From NCBI GenBank assembly GCA_963801355.1, contig CAWDEM010000004.1, forward strand, positions 1,312,001-1,376,000: DNA of 64,000 nt, read 5' to 3'. Below the pieces are notes generated by a model that did no database searches, was not told where the DNA came from, and worked only from the letters and a program-made list of their open reading frames with translations. This document shows positions 36,198-47,167 of the stretch, one piece after another. Each line of letters begins with the position of its first letter. The stretch's first letter is position 1. This stretch comes from Ignavibacteriota bacterium. Lineage in GTDB: Bacteria > Bacteroidota > Ignavibacteria > UBA10030 > UBA6906. Made by a program: the position numbers and the translations under genes.

Positions 36198-36328
36198 AGC
36201 GTGGCGCTTTCGATGCGGATCAACGTCAAGTCTCCGCCCACGATTCCCAGCGCCAGCAACGTGATGAAGAGCAGCATCAGGACGATGCGCACTCCCCAGT
36301 GCACGAGCAAAAGGCCGGCCATCTTCAT
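36170..36328 (-). CDS. 52-aa single-TM selenoprotein ending U-L-D-C-I-G-I-S (CD1871A-like CxxC family, Sec form)
   Basis: ...GCC ACG CTA TGA CTG GAC TGC ATC GGG ATC AGT TGA. LxLxCIGI tail upstream of a membrane 4Fe-4S gene; SECIS-like hairpin present. Confidence 0.85.
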
Positions 36329-36453
36329 GGCGATCTCGCTCTGTGTGGAGGAAAAGTACGAAACGGCAAATACACACGCAAGTTGCATCTTGTTGCGGCC
36401 TTCCGCACTTTATTATAGAGAACAGACCCTTTCACATGGGCGGGCCAATTTCG

Positions 36454-38487
36454 ATGCCATTTACGCTCATTTCCGACTATTCGCCGTCGGGTGACCAGCC
36501 GGATGCAATCCGCCAGTTGAAAGAAGGCGTGATGCGCGGTGACAAACACCAGACCCTCCTGGGTGTGACCGGCAGCGGCAAGACATTTACCATCTCCAAC
36601 GTCATTGCACAGTTGGACAAGCCGATCCTCGTTCTGTCGCACAACAAGACTCTTGCGGCGCAGCTGTACGGCGAATTCAAGAATTTCTTCCCGCGAGACC
36701 GTGTGGAGTTCTTCATCAGCTACTACGACTACTACCAGCCGGAGGCGTACGTCCCCTCCACGGATACGTACATCGCCAAGGATGCTTCCATCAACGATGA
36801 AATTGACAGGCTCAGACTGCGGGCGACCAGCGCATTGTTGAGCGGTGACCGGAACGTCCTTGTGGTGGCTTCGGTGAGTTGCATCTACGGCATCGGCGCG
36901 CCGGAGGAATGGGCAAGCCAGATTGTCGTGGTGCGGAAAGGTGAAAGGATCGACCGGAACACGCTTCTGCGCAAGCTCTTGAATATCTTCTACATGCGAA
37001 ACGACTTCGAGTTTGTCCGTGGCACCATGCGCGTGCGGGGCGACGTGGTGGAGGTCATACCGGCGTACGAGAACGAAGAGGCGGTGCGCATATCGTTCTT
37101 CGGCGATCAAATCGAACGCATTTCCTACATCAACAAACTCGACGGAAAAGTGCTGGGAGACACGGACTATGAGGTCATCTATCCGGCAAAACAATTCGTG
37201 ACCTCGCGGGAAACCATAGACGAGGCGGTCAAAGGCATTGAAATCGAGCTCGAAGAGCGGCTCGCGGAACTTCGCACCCTCAACAAACTGCTTGAGGCAC
37301 AGCGTCTCGAACAACGCACCCGGTTTGATCTCGAAATGATGAAAGAAGTGGGGTACTGTTCCGGGATTGAGAACTACTCCCGGCACCTTGCCGGAAGGCC
37401 GCCGGGCTCGCGGCCGGCGTGTCTGCTGGACTATTTCCCCAAGGACTATCTGGTTGTGGTGGATGAGTCGCATGTCACGATTCCGCAAATCGGGGGCATG
37501 TATCACGGCGATCGCTCGCGCAAGGTGACACTCGTCGAACACGGCTTCCGGCTTCCGTCCGCCCTTGACAACCGTCCGCTGACCTTTGACGAATGGGAAC
37601 ACCTGGTTCCCCAGGTCATCTATGTGAGTGCGACACCGGCCGACTATGAACTGGCGAAGAGCAAAGGCGTCGTGGTCGAACAGGTCATTCGTCCGACGGG
37701 ATTGATTGATCCCTCCGTGGACATCCGGCCCGTAAAAAATCAGATCGACGACCTGATTGCGGAGATCCGCACGCGGGCGGCCACGAAGGAACGCGTCCTC
37801 GTGACCACACTCACAAAGCGCATGGCGGAAGACCTCACGGACTACCTGACCGAAATCGGCATTCAGGTGCGGTACATCCACTCCGAGGTGGATGCGCTGG
37901 AGCGCGTAGAGATCCTCCGGGATCTTCGGCTCGGCGACTTTGATGTACTGGTGGGAGTGAACCTGCTGCGCGAGGGACTTGATCTCCCTGAGGTCTCCCT
38001 GGTGGCGATTCTGGACGCAGACAAGGAGGGGTTCTTGCGGTCCGAACGATCGCTCATACAGACCGCCGGGCGCACGGCCCGGAACGTCAACGGCCGTGTC
38101 ATCATGTATGCCGACAAGATCACCGGTTCGATGCAGCGCATGATCGATGAAACAAACCGGCGGCGGGAACGACAGGTGGCCTACAACACCGAGCATGGCA
38201 TCAACCCGGCGACTATTTTCAAATCGGTGAATGACGTGCTTGCCTCAACCGCGGTCGCCGATGTCAAGGCACAACGCGATGCCCGGCGCGAGCGCTCGAA
38301 GATGCCGAAAGTCGCCGAACAGGTTGTCCGCTATCTCACACCCGACCAGCGTGCCGACCTGATCGATGAGTTGCGGAAGGAAATGCAACAGTCGGCTAAA
38401 GACCTGGAGTTTGAGCGCGCGGCAAACCTCCGTGACGAGATCCAGAAACTGGAAGCCCTGCAGGGTTCGAAGCACAAAATGGACTAG
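36454..38487 (+). CDS. uvrB: excinuclease ABC subunit B
   Basis: [32 protein letters not shown]-terminal UVR domain. Confidence 0.98.
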   Translation: MPFTLISDYSPSGDQPDAIRQLKEGVMRGDKHQTLLGVTGSGKTFTISNVIAQLDKPILVLSHNKTLAAQLYGEFKNFFPRDRVEFFISYYDYYQPEAYVPSTDTYIAKDASINDEIDRLRLRATSALLSGDRNVLVVASVSCIYGIGAPEEWASQIVVVRKGERIDRNTLLRKLLNIFYMRNDFEFVRGTMRVRGDVVEVIPAYENEEAVRISFFGDQIERISYINKLDGKVLGDTDYEVIYPAKQFVTSRETIDEAVKGIEIELEERLAELRTLNKLLEAQRLEQRTRFDLEMMKEVGYCSGIENYSRHLAGRPPGSRPACLLDYFPKDYLVVVDESHVTIPQIGGMYHGDRSRKVTLVEHGFRLPSALDNRPLTFDEWEHLVPQVIYVSATPADYELAKSKGVVVEQVIRPTGLIDPSVDIRPVKNQIDDLIAEIRTRAATKERVLVTTLTKRMAEDLTDYLTEIGIQVRYIHSEVDALERVEILRDLRLGDFDVLVGVNLLREGLDLPEVSLVAILDADKEGFLRSERSLIQTAGRTARNVNGRVIMYADKITGSMQRMIDETNRRRERQVAYNTEHGINPATIFKSVNDVLASTAVADVKAQRDARRERSKMPKVAEQVVRYLTPDQRADLIDELRKEMQQSAKDLEFERAANLRDEIQKLEALQGSKHKMD

Positions 38488-38548
38488 CGTTACCGCAAAA
38501 TTCTCCGTTCCGGGGTACTAATGGGAGAAATAGGAACGGAGGTATGCG

Positions 38549-39277
38549 ATGAACAGCGGTATTGCACGGGTCGGCGTTCTCATCGGGGAGTTTGCCGACT
38601 TTCTTTTCCCACCTCTGTGCTATGGTTGCGGTTCTCTCCTCCCCCCACGGTTTAAGATACTCTGTCCCGCGTGCATCGCCCCGTTACAGGCTCTCGACGC
38701 TGCAGACCCTCTGTACCTCCTGGCACGCGAACGGCTCTGTGCCGACGGCCTGGTAGACGATCTGGTGTCCCTCTACAGGTTCGAGAAAGGCCACGAGTTG
38801 CAGATGCTTCTGCACCAGCTGAAGTACCGGGGCTCCGCAGGCATCGGCCGGTGGTTCGGGGAGCAGGTTGGCAACGCCGTTCGGAGCTCGGCGCATCCCG
38901 GCCGATTCAATGCAATCATCCCGGTGCCGTTGCACAAGGCGAAGAAGCGGGAGCGGGGATACAATCAGAGCGAGCAGATCGCGAGGGGGATGGCGAAAGC
39001 TCTGGGGCTGCGGGTGAGACCGGATGTGGTCAGGAGGGTTCGCTACACTTCCACGCAGACCGCCCTGGATAGCGATGCGCGAAAAGCCAACATGGAAGGT
39101 GCGTTCGCGGTGATGCCGGGGCGGATCGAGGCAATCCGGGACAGGGGGGTCTTGCTCGTGGACGACGTGATCACCACGGGGGCCACCCTGGGTGCCTGCG
39201 CGATGGCTCTGCGGCGTGCAGGCGCCCGGCAGATCGTTGCGTGCTCGGTGGGAGTAGCCGACCGGAGGAATCTGTAA
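38549..39277 (+). CDS. ComF-family protein (zinc finger + PRTase)
   Basis: CYGC..CPAC, RGYNQS, LLVDDVITTGAT. Confidence 0.9.
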   Translation: MNSGIARVGVLIGEFADFLFPPLCYGCGSLLPPRFKILCPACIAPLQALDAADPLYLLARERLCADGLVDDLVSLYRFEKGHELQMLLHQLKYRGSAGIGRWFGEQVGNAVRSSAHPGRFNAIIPVPLHKAKKRERGYNQSEQIARGMAKALGLRVRPDVVRRVRYTSTQTALDSDARKANMEGAFAVMPGRIEAIRDRGVLLVDDVITTGATLGACAMALRRAGARQIVACSVGVADRRNL

Positions 39278-39278
39278 G

Positions 39279-39337
39279 ATGAAAGGGTCATGAATGAAAG
39301 GGTCATGAATGGAAGGGTTGAATGAATGAAAGGGTTG
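39279..39337. repeat. 15-bp tandem repeat, about 4 copies
   Basis: ATGAAAGGGTCATGA twice exactly, then ATGGAAGGGTTGAATGA and ATGAAAGGGTTG. Confidence 0.85.
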
Positions 39338-39347
39338 CGCAGTTTTC

Positions 39348-39376
39348 TTGACAATGAGGCGCAACGTTGCTAAATT
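39348..39376 (+). promoter_or_regulatory. gap promoter with a palindrome in the spacer
   Basis: TTGACA-17 bp-TAAATT; GCAACGTTGC at 39361-39370. Confidence 0.65.
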
Positions 39377-39378
39377 AA

Positions 39379-40431
<1,053 letters not shown>

Positions 40432-40449
40432 GTGGTGTTGCATGATCAC

Positions 40450-40493
40450 GCGGCTGCCGTGTCCCCTACGGAAACGGTGGCCGCATTTTTTTT
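40450..40493 (+). terminator. hairpin with U-tract between gap and pgk
   Basis: GCGGCTGCCGT...ACGGTGGCCGC followed by eight Ts. Confidence 0.7.
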
Positions 40494-40511
40494 CAACAAG
40501 GACCAAACGCC

Positions 40512-41708
40512 ATGACCACGAAAACGATTGACGATCTGAGTCTCCGCGGCAAAAAGGTGCTCGTCCGCGTCGATTTCAATGTCCCCATGACGTCCGATCT
40601 GAAGGTCTCCGACGACAAACGCATCATCGAATCCCTCCCGACCATCAGGAAGATACTCGCGGACGGTGGAGCAGTGATCCTCATGAGCCATCTCGGACGG
40701 CCGAAAGGGAAACCCACGCCCGAGTTCTCTCTGCGGCCCGTGGCCGCACACCTTGCTACGGTGCTGGGCAGGGAGGTGAAATTCGCAGACGATTGCATCG
40801 GCAAGCCAGCACACGCCGCAGCCGATGCCCTGAAGCCGGGTGATGTCCTCTTGCTTGAGAACCTCCGTTTCCACGGCGAAGAAGAAAAGAACGACGAAGG
40901 ATTCGCCAGGGAGCTGGCCTCACTGGGCGATGTGTTCGTGAACGATGCATTCGGGACGGCACATCGCGCGCATGCATCCACGGAAGGAGTCACGCGATTC
41001 CTGAAACCGGCGGTTGCGGGGTACCTGATGAAGAAGGAAATCGATTACCTGACCAAGGCCGTGAGCAACCCCGAGCGCCCCTATGTGGCAATTCTGGGCG
41101 GGGCGAAGATCTCCGGGAAAATCGACGTCATTCAGAACCTCCTGCCCAAAATCGATGCACTCGTTGTCGGCGGCGGCATGGCGTTCACGTTCTTCCGGGC
41201 TCAGGAAATGGAAGTAGGCGACTCTCTCGTCGAGCAGGAAAAGATACTCCTTGCGAAGCAAATCCTGGATGAGGCCAAGACCAAGCACATGCGGCTGATA
41301 CTGCCGGTGGATTGCGTCGTGGCGGACAGATTCGACAATGACGCGCAGCGCAAGGTCGTGCCCGTCAACAAGATTCCGCCGGGATGGCGGGGGCTCGATA
41401 TCGGTCCGGAAACGGTGAAGATCATCAATATGGAACTGCGCCGGGCGAAGACGATCGTGTGGAACGGTCCGATGGGAGTGTTCGAAATGCCCAACTTTGC
41501 CAACGGTACTATGGAAGTCGCCAAGCTGCTCGTTGATGCAACACGCAACGGGGCGACGACCATTGTCGGAGGCGGGGATTCCGCGGCAGCGATTGCGCAA
41601 GCGGGTTATGAGAAAGAAGTGTCGCATGTGTCCACCGGAGGCGGGGCATCCCTCGAATTCCTCGAAGGGAAGATCCTTCCGGGACTGGCCGCGCTCGACA
41701 CGAAGTGA
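40512..41708 (+). CDS. pgk: phosphoglycerate kinase
   Basis: [38 protein letters not shown]. Confidence 0.98.
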   Translation: MTTKTIDDLSLRGKKVLVRVDFNVPMTSDLKVSDDKRIIESLPTIRKILADGGAVILMSHLGRPKGKPTPEFSLRPVAAHLATVLGREVKFADDCIGKPAHAAADALKPGDVLLLENLRFHGEEEKNDEGFARELASLGDVFVNDAFGTAHRAHASTEGVTRFLKPAVAGYLMKKEIDYLTKAVSNPERPYVAILGGAKISGKIDVIQNLLPKIDALVVGGGMAFTFFRAQEMEVGDSLVEQEKILLAKQILDEAKTKHMRLILPVDCVVADRFDNDAQRKVVPVNKIPPGWRGLDIGPETVKIINMELRRAKTIVWNGPMGVFEMPNFANGTMEVAKLLVDATRNGATTIVGGGDSAAAIAQAGYEKEVSHVSTGGGASLEFLEGKILPGLAALDTK

Positions 41709-41756
41709 ACCGGCCGCGCGCGCGAGGTGTTATTCCGTAGATGAAGGAACAGGACG

Positions 41757-42695
41757 ATGGCGTACTACAACCCCGGTGATTCTGGCGGCTCCTACCGGCC
41801 ACGGTTTGGCGGGTTCAGCGTCTTTCCGCCTGTCATCAAAGGTCTCATTCTCTCGAACGTCATTGTCTGGTTGCTCTTCGACTTTCTGCTGCGGTCGTTC
41901 ACATATTCGGGTATTCCCATCTTTGAGGTTCTTGCCGGGTATCTGGCGCTCTGGCCGATCGGAACCCATTTCTACCCCTGGCAGCTCTTGACCTACATGT
42001 TCATGCATGCCGGGTTCCTGCACATCTTCTTCAATATGCTGGCGCTCTGGATGTTCGGCATGGAGCTTGAGAATGTCTGGGGCTCAAAGAAGTTCCTGAT
42101 CTACTACTTGATGTGCGGGATAGGCGGCGGTCTGTCGAATCTTCTCGTCGGGCTGATCATGGGACAGGGCGCACCCACGGTGGGTGCTTCGGGTGCGGTC
42201 TTCGGTGTGCTGCTGGCGTTCGGTATGCTGTTCCCCGACCGTCTGATCTACATCTATTTTTTCCTGCCGATCCGGGCCAAGTACATGGTGATCCTCTGGA
42301 TCGGTCTGGAACTCATGTATGGTGTCACCGGCACAACAGACGGCGTCGCGCACTTCGCACATCTGGGTGGAGCCTTCGTGGGTTTCATCTTCATGGCGGT
42401 GGACCTGAATCTTATCCCCGTCCGGCGCTGGTTTGAGGGCCTCACCGGCCGGCAACACAATGTTCCCTCCTACAGGGATTCCGGGCGGGTCCGCCGGATG
42501 GATGCGCCGGTCCGGGACGCGGAGTTCCTCGATATTCAGACCGGCCGCCCTGCAAACCGCGACCGCAGCAGCTCCCGGGAGGTCACACAGGAAGCGATTG
42601 ATGCGATTCTCGACAAGATCAGTTCAGGCGGCTACCAGAGCCTGACCGATGAAGAGAAGAGCATGCTGAACGAAGCCAGCAAGCGGATTCATTGA
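41757..42695 (+). CDS. rhomboid intramembrane serine protease
   Basis: YMFMH, HIFFNM, GASG, AHFAHLGG. Confidence 0.92.
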   Translation: MAYYNPGDSGGSYRPRFGGFSVFPPVIKGLILSNVIVWLLFDFLLRSFTYSGIPIFEVLAGYLALWPIGTHFYPWQLLTYMFMHAGFLHIFFNMLALWMFGMELENVWGSKKFLIYYLMCGIGGGLSNLLVGLIMGQGAPTVGASGAVFGVLLAFGMLFPDRLIYIYFFLPIRAKYMVILWIGLELMYGVTGTTDGVAHFAHLGGAFVGFIFMAVDLNLIPVRRWFEGLTGRQHNVPSYRDSGRVRRMDAPVRDAEFLDIQTGRPANRDRSSSREVTQEAIDAILDKISSGGYQSLTDEEKSMLNEASKRIH

Positions 42696-42707
42696 CATAC
42701 AGGTCCC

Positions 42708-43829
42708 ATGGAAATTCCAATTGTCAATCTCGCTGATACACCGGCAGGCCGCCAGACGGCGAAGTCCGGCGTACGGCGCATGACCCGCCAGGTAAACATC
42801 GGCGGCATCAAAGTGGGAGGAAACGCACCCATTTCCGTCCAGACGATGACGAAAACCAGAACCGCCGATATTGCCGGGACGGTTGGGCAGATTGTCGCGG
42901 CCGCGGAAGCGGGTTGCGACATCGTACGTGTCACCGTGAACGACAGGGAAGCCGCCGATGCCATTGCGGAAATTGTCCGGCTATCCCCGGTGCCGATCGT
43001 CGCCGATATCCACTTCAATCACATCTTTGCACTCAAGGCAATCGAGGGGAACGTCGCGAAGGTGCGGATCAACCCCGGGAACATCGGCAATCGGGACCGT
43101 ATCCATCAGGTCCTCAGTGCGGCGAAAGACAAGGGGATTCCCATACGCATCGGGGTGAACAGCGGTTCGCTCGAAGAGGACATTCTCGAAAAGCACGGGT
43201 ATCCCACTGCCGAGGCGCTGTACGAGAGCGCGATGCGGCATGTGCAGATCTGTGATGAGTTCGGATTCAAGGATGTGGTGATCTCCGTGAAATCTACGGA
43301 TGTGCGGCTGATGATCGATGCCTACCGGCTGGTCGCACAGCGCACGGATATCCCGCTGCACCTCGGCGTGACCGAAGCCGGACCGACACGCACGGGCACC
43401 ATCAAGTCTGCGGTCGGCATCGGTGCCCTGCTTGCCGAGGGGATCGGCGACACCATTCGCGTATCATTGACCGACGAGCCTGTCAAAGAAGTGGAGGTAG
43501 GGAAGGAGATCCTCCGGTCGCTCGGACTCGCCACCCGGAACGTGGAGCTGATTGCATGTCCGACCTGCGGCCGGCTGGAGGTGGATCTCTTCGCGATCAT
43601 GGCCGAGCTCGAGAAACGGCTCGAGGGGATCAAAAAACCGGTGAAAATCGCGGTGCTCGGATGCGTGGTGAACGGACCCGGAGAAGCCAGCGAAGCGGAC
43701 ATCGGCATTGCAGCGGGAAAAGGCATGGGGATTCTCTACCGCAAGGGGGAAATGATCCGCAAGGTGAAGGAAGCCGACATTGTCGATGTGATTGTTGAAG
43801 AGGTCAGGAACTTCCAGCCCAACCTCTGA
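42708..43829 (+). CDS. ispG: (E)-4-hydroxy-3-methylbut-2-enyl-diphosphate synthase
   Basis: VADIHF, RINPGN, RIGVNSGSL, HLGVTEAG, CPTCGR, GCVVNGPGE. Confidence 0.97.
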   Translation: MEIPIVNLADTPAGRQTAKSGVRRMTRQVNIGGIKVGGNAPISVQTMTKTRTADIAGTVGQIVAAAEAGCDIVRVTVNDREAADAIAEIVRLSPVPIVADIHFNHIFALKAIEGNVAKVRINPGNIGNRDRIHQVLSAAKDKGIPIRIGVNSGSLEEDILEKHGYPTAEALYESAMRHVQICDEFGFKDVVISVKSTDVRLMIDAYRLVAQRTDIPLHLGVTEAGPTRTGTIKSAVGIGALLAEGIGDTIRVSLTDEPVKEVEVGKEILRSLGLATRNVELIACPTCGRLEVDLFAIMAELEKRLEGIKKPVKIAVLGCVVNGPGEASEADIGIAAGKGMGILYRKGEMIRKVKEADIVDVIVEEVRNFQPNL

Positions 43830-44626
43830 TGCCCTCATCCCTGAATATCCTCTTTGTGGGCGACATCGTCGGCACACCCGGCCTGGATCTCGCCACGTCC
43901 CTCCTGCCAGGGCTCGTCAAGAAATACTCGGCCGACCTGGTCATTGTCAACGGCGAAAATGCCACCGAGGGCAAAGGCATCTCCGAGGAACACGCGAAGC
44001 GGATCTTCGAACTCGGCGTGCATGTCATCACTACCGGGAATCATGTGTGGGATCGCTGGGACAGCCGGAAACTGCTGGGCAGCGACAAGCGCATCCTCCG
44101 TCCGCTCAACTATCCCAAGGATAACGGCGGGAACGGTTTCATCGTGGTGGATCTGGGGGAGAAGGGGAAGGCAGGCGTGCTGAGCGTCCAGGGGCGCGTG
44201 TACATGCAGCCCATTGATGATCCCTTCAGGGCCGCAGAATGGGCGGTCGGGAAGATGGCGGAAGAGAGCAAGATCATCATCGTGGATTTTCATGCCGACG
44301 CCACAGCAGAGAAGATGGGCATGGGATGGTTCCTCGATGGCAAGGTCACCGCGATGGTGGGCACGCACACCCACACGCCCACGGCCGACGGTCGCATCCT
44401 CCCCCGGGGAACGGCGTTCATCACCGACGTGGGAATGACCGGGCCGTTCGATTCCGTGCTCGGGATGAAGAAAGACGCGGCCCTCCGGCGGATGATGCTG
44501 GGTACCCCGCACAAGTATGAAGTTGCCAGCAATGATGTGCGGCTGTGCGCGCTTCATATCCGTGCCGATGCCGATACCGGCAAGGCCGTCTCCATGGAAC
44601 AGATCATCTTCCCTCAATTTGGATGA
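43829..44626 (+). CDS. YmdB-like metallophosphoesterase
   Basis: GDIVG, NGEN, TGNH, DFHADAT, GTHTH, TDVGMTG. Confidence 0.92.
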   Translation: MPSSLNILFVGDIVGTPGLDLATSLLPGLVKKYSADLVIVNGENATEGKGISEEHAKRIFELGVHVITTGNHVWDRWDSRKLLGSDKRILRPLNYPKDNGGNGFIVVDLGEKGKAGVLSVQGRVYMQPIDDPFRAAEWAVGKMAEESKIIIVDFHADATAEKMGMGWFLDGKVTAMVGTHTHTPTADGRILPRGTAFITDVGMTGPFDSVLGMKKDAALRRMMLGTPHKYEVASNDVRLCALHIRADADTGKAVSMEQIIFPQFG

Positions 44627-45516
44627 CAACAATGGCAGCGACGCTCATTGACGGCAGGAAGATAGCTGCGGATATCAGGAGCGAAGTCCAGAAGGCGGCG
44701 GCAGTAATTGCGAAGGACCGGAACATCGTTCCGGGGCTCGGGTTCATACTGGTCGGGGAAAACGCCGCCTCACAGTCGTACGTACGGTCCAAGGGGAAAG
44801 CCTGTGCGGAGATGGGGTTTCACTCCGAAACCCTGCAGCTGCCCGAAAGCACGAGCGAGAAGGAAATCCTGTCTCTCATTCGGGCATGGAACACTGATCC
44901 CCGGATCCACGGCATTCTCGTCCAACTGCCGCTTCCCCCCCACATTAATGAACAGCATGTCATTGAGGCTATCGATCCCCAGAAGGACGTGGACGGATTT
45001 CACCCCGTGAATGTCGGCCGGCTGGTCATTGGACTGGAGTGCTTCGCGCCCTGCACGCCCGCGGGGATTCAGGAGTTGTTGACGCGAAGCGGCAATGACC
45101 CGGCGGGGAAGCACGTGGTGGTCGTGGGCCGGAGCAACATCGTGGGCAAGCCAGTTGCAAACTTGCTGTTGCAGAAGCGGATGGGGGCCAATGCTGTCGT
45201 CACTGTTGCGCATACCGGTGCACGGGACATTGCTCACTTCACGAAGGACGCCGACATTTTGATCGCCGCGGTGGGAAGGGCCGGGATGATCACCGGCGCC
45301 ATGCTCAAACAGGGGGCGGTGGTCATCGACGTGGGGATCAACCGTGTTCCTGATCCGACCACGAAGAGCGGATCCAGGCTGGTGGGTGACGTGCACTTTG
45401 CGTCCGCGGTGGAAGTCGCCAGTGCAATCACCCCGGTGCCAGGCGGTGTGGGGCCCATGACCATTGCAATGTTGATGCGCAACACCCTGCTGGCAGCCGA
45501 GCGTTCGTTGGATTGA
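44623..45516 (+). CDS. folD: methylenetetrahydrofolate dehydrogenase/cyclohydrolase
   Basis: GILVQLPLP, KDVDGFHP, PCTP, GRSNIVGKP, TPVPGGVGPMT. Confidence 0.97.
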   Translation: MTTMAATLIDGRKIAADIRSEVQKAAAVIAKDRNIVPGLGFILVGENAASQSYVRSKGKACAEMGFHSETLQLPESTSEKEILSLIRAWNTDPRIHGILVQLPLPPHINEQHVIEAIDPQKDVDGFHPVNVGRLVIGLECFAPCTPAGIQELLTRSGNDPAGKHVVVVGRSNIVGKPVANLLLQKRMGANAVVTVAHTGARDIAHFTKDADILIAAVGRAGMITGAMLKQGAVVIDVGINRVPDPTTKSGSRLVGDVHFASAVEVASAITPVPGGVGPMTIAMLMRNTLLAAERSLD

Positions 45517-45517
45517 C

Positions 45518-45545
45518 AAGCCTGGGGAAAAAGCCAGGCTTTGTT
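45518..45545 (+). terminator. hairpin after folD
   Basis: AAGCCTGG-GGAAAAAG-CCAGGCTT-TGTT. Confidence 0.45.
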
Positions 45546-45589
45546 CCCTGACTTTATTGTCTGACTTCACAACTCACCGAGAGGTACCA

Positions 45590-47149
45590 ATGGCCATCAC
45601 AAAATTCAAAAATGAAGCGGTCCTGAACTTCAAAACGGCTGCGAACCGCAAGAAACAGCAAGCAGCAATCGAAAAAGTACGCGCTGCATTGGGGAAAGAG
45701 TACCCCATTCTCATCGGCAACGAGCGCATCACCATGTCCCAGAAGTTCAATTCGTACAACCCCTCGAAGCCGACTGAGGTGGTCGGTGTCTTCCAGAAGG
45801 GGGATGTCACGACTGCGAACAAGGCAATGGAGGTTGCCCAGGCGGCATTTGAGGAGTGGAAGCGCGTCCCGCCGGCGAAACGGGCTGACTTCTTGTTCAA
45901 AGCCGCGAAATTGATGCGCAAAAAGCGATTCGAGCTCAACGCCCTCGAGATTTTTGAGGTTGGCAAAAGCTGGCCGGAGGCGGACGCGGATGTGGCCGAA
46001 GCCATCGATTTCCTGGAATACTACGGCCGGGAGATGTTGCGGTACGGCGTCAATCACCCGGTGGTCAAGAATCCCGGTGAGAGGGGAAAGCTGGTGTACA
46101 TCCCTCTCGGGGTTGGCGTGGTCATCCCACCGTGGAATTTTCCGCTGGCAATCCTTGCGGGGATGACTTCTGCCGCCGTGGTGACAGGCAACACCGTGGT
46201 GCTGAAGCCCTCCAGTGATTCCCCGCGGATCGGGTGGGCCTTCGTGGAAATTATGCAAGAGGCCGGACTGCCTGCGGGCGTCATCAATTTCGTCAGCGGG
46301 CCCGGTGCAGCAGTGGGTGACACGCTTGTCGCGCATCCCAGAACCCGCTTCGTGTCCTTTACGGGATCCAAAGAAGTCGGTATTCATATCAACGAGGTGG
46401 CGGCCAGGGTACAACCCGGTCAGATCTGGCTGAAACGCGTTGTCGCTGAAATGGGGGGCAAAGACAGCATTGTCGTGGATGAAGGAGTGAATATCGAAGA
46501 AGCGGCACAGGGCGTACTCGTGTCGGCGTTTGGTTTTCAGGGGCAGAAGTGTTCTGCCTGTTCGCGTGCGATTGTGGTGGAAAAGGAGTATGACCGCTTT
46601 GTCGGTATCCTTGCGAAGAAGGCGGAGGCGCTTACTGTTGGTGATCCCACCGATCCGGCGATGTACATGGGACCGGTAGTGAATGAAAAATCGTTCCAGA
46701 GTATCATGGCGTATATACAGAAGGGGATCGCCGAAGGCGGGCGCTGCGTGGCGGGAGGAGTGCGTGCGGCTGAAGGAGGATATTTCATCCGTCCCACGGT
46801 CATTGCCGACGTCGAACCCAGGGCAACGATATCACAGGAGGAGATTTTTGGACCCGTCCTGGCTGTCATCAAAGCGAGAGACTTTGACCATGCCCTGGAG
46901 ATTGCCAACAATACCGAATTTGGCCTGACGGGCGCGGTGTACTCCAGGAACAGGAAACACCTGACCGCAGCGGACGAGAATTTCTTTGTCGGCAATCTGT
47001 ATCTTAACAGGAAATGCACCGGCGCGCTGGTAGGCGTGCATCCCTTCGGGGGATTCAATATGAGCGGGACGGATTCCAAAGCGGGTGGCAAGGATTATCT
47101 GTTGCTGTTCCTTCAGGCGAAATCGGTTGCCGAATTGATCAAGCACTAA
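45590..47149 (+). CDS. pruA: delta-1-pyrroline-5-carboxylate dehydrogenase (RocA type)
   Basis: EAIDFLEYY, PWNFPL, FTGS, EMGGK, GQKCSACSR, NRKCTGA..PFGGFNMSG. Confidence 0.93.
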   Translation: MAITKFKNEAVLNFKTAANRKKQQAAIEKVRAALGKEYPILIGNERITMSQKFNSYNPSKPTEVVGVFQKGDVTTANKAMEVAQAAFEEWKRVPPAKRADFLFKAAKLMRKKRFELNALEIFEVGKSWPEADADVAEAIDFLEYYGREMLRYGVNHPVVKNPGERGKLVYIPLGVGVVIPPWNFPLAILAGMTSAAVVTGNTVVLKPSSDSPRIGWAFVEIMQEAGLPAGVINFVSGPGAAVGDTLVAHPRTRFVSFTGSKEVGIHINEVAARVQPGQIWLKRVVAEMGGKDSIVVDEGVNIEEAAQGVLVSAFGFQGQKCSACSRAIVVEKEYDRFVGILAKKAEALTVGDPTDPAMYMGPVVNEKSFQSIMAYIQKGIAEGGRCVAGGVRAAEGGYFIRPTVIADVEPRATISQEEIFGPVLAVIKARDFDHALEIANNTEFGLTGAVYSRNRKHLTAADENFFVGNLYLNRKCTGALVGVHPFGGFNMSGTDSKAGGKDYLLLFLQAKSVAELIKH

Positions 47150-47167
47150 TCAGCCGGGAATCATCCG

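Noticed and set aside
36325-38196. Long antisense ORFs (623 aa opposite uvrB; also 8439-9821, 32542-34008, 54575-55852, 61039-62385)
   Set aside because: They are shadows of well-supported genes in GC-rich DNA with no recognisable motifs.
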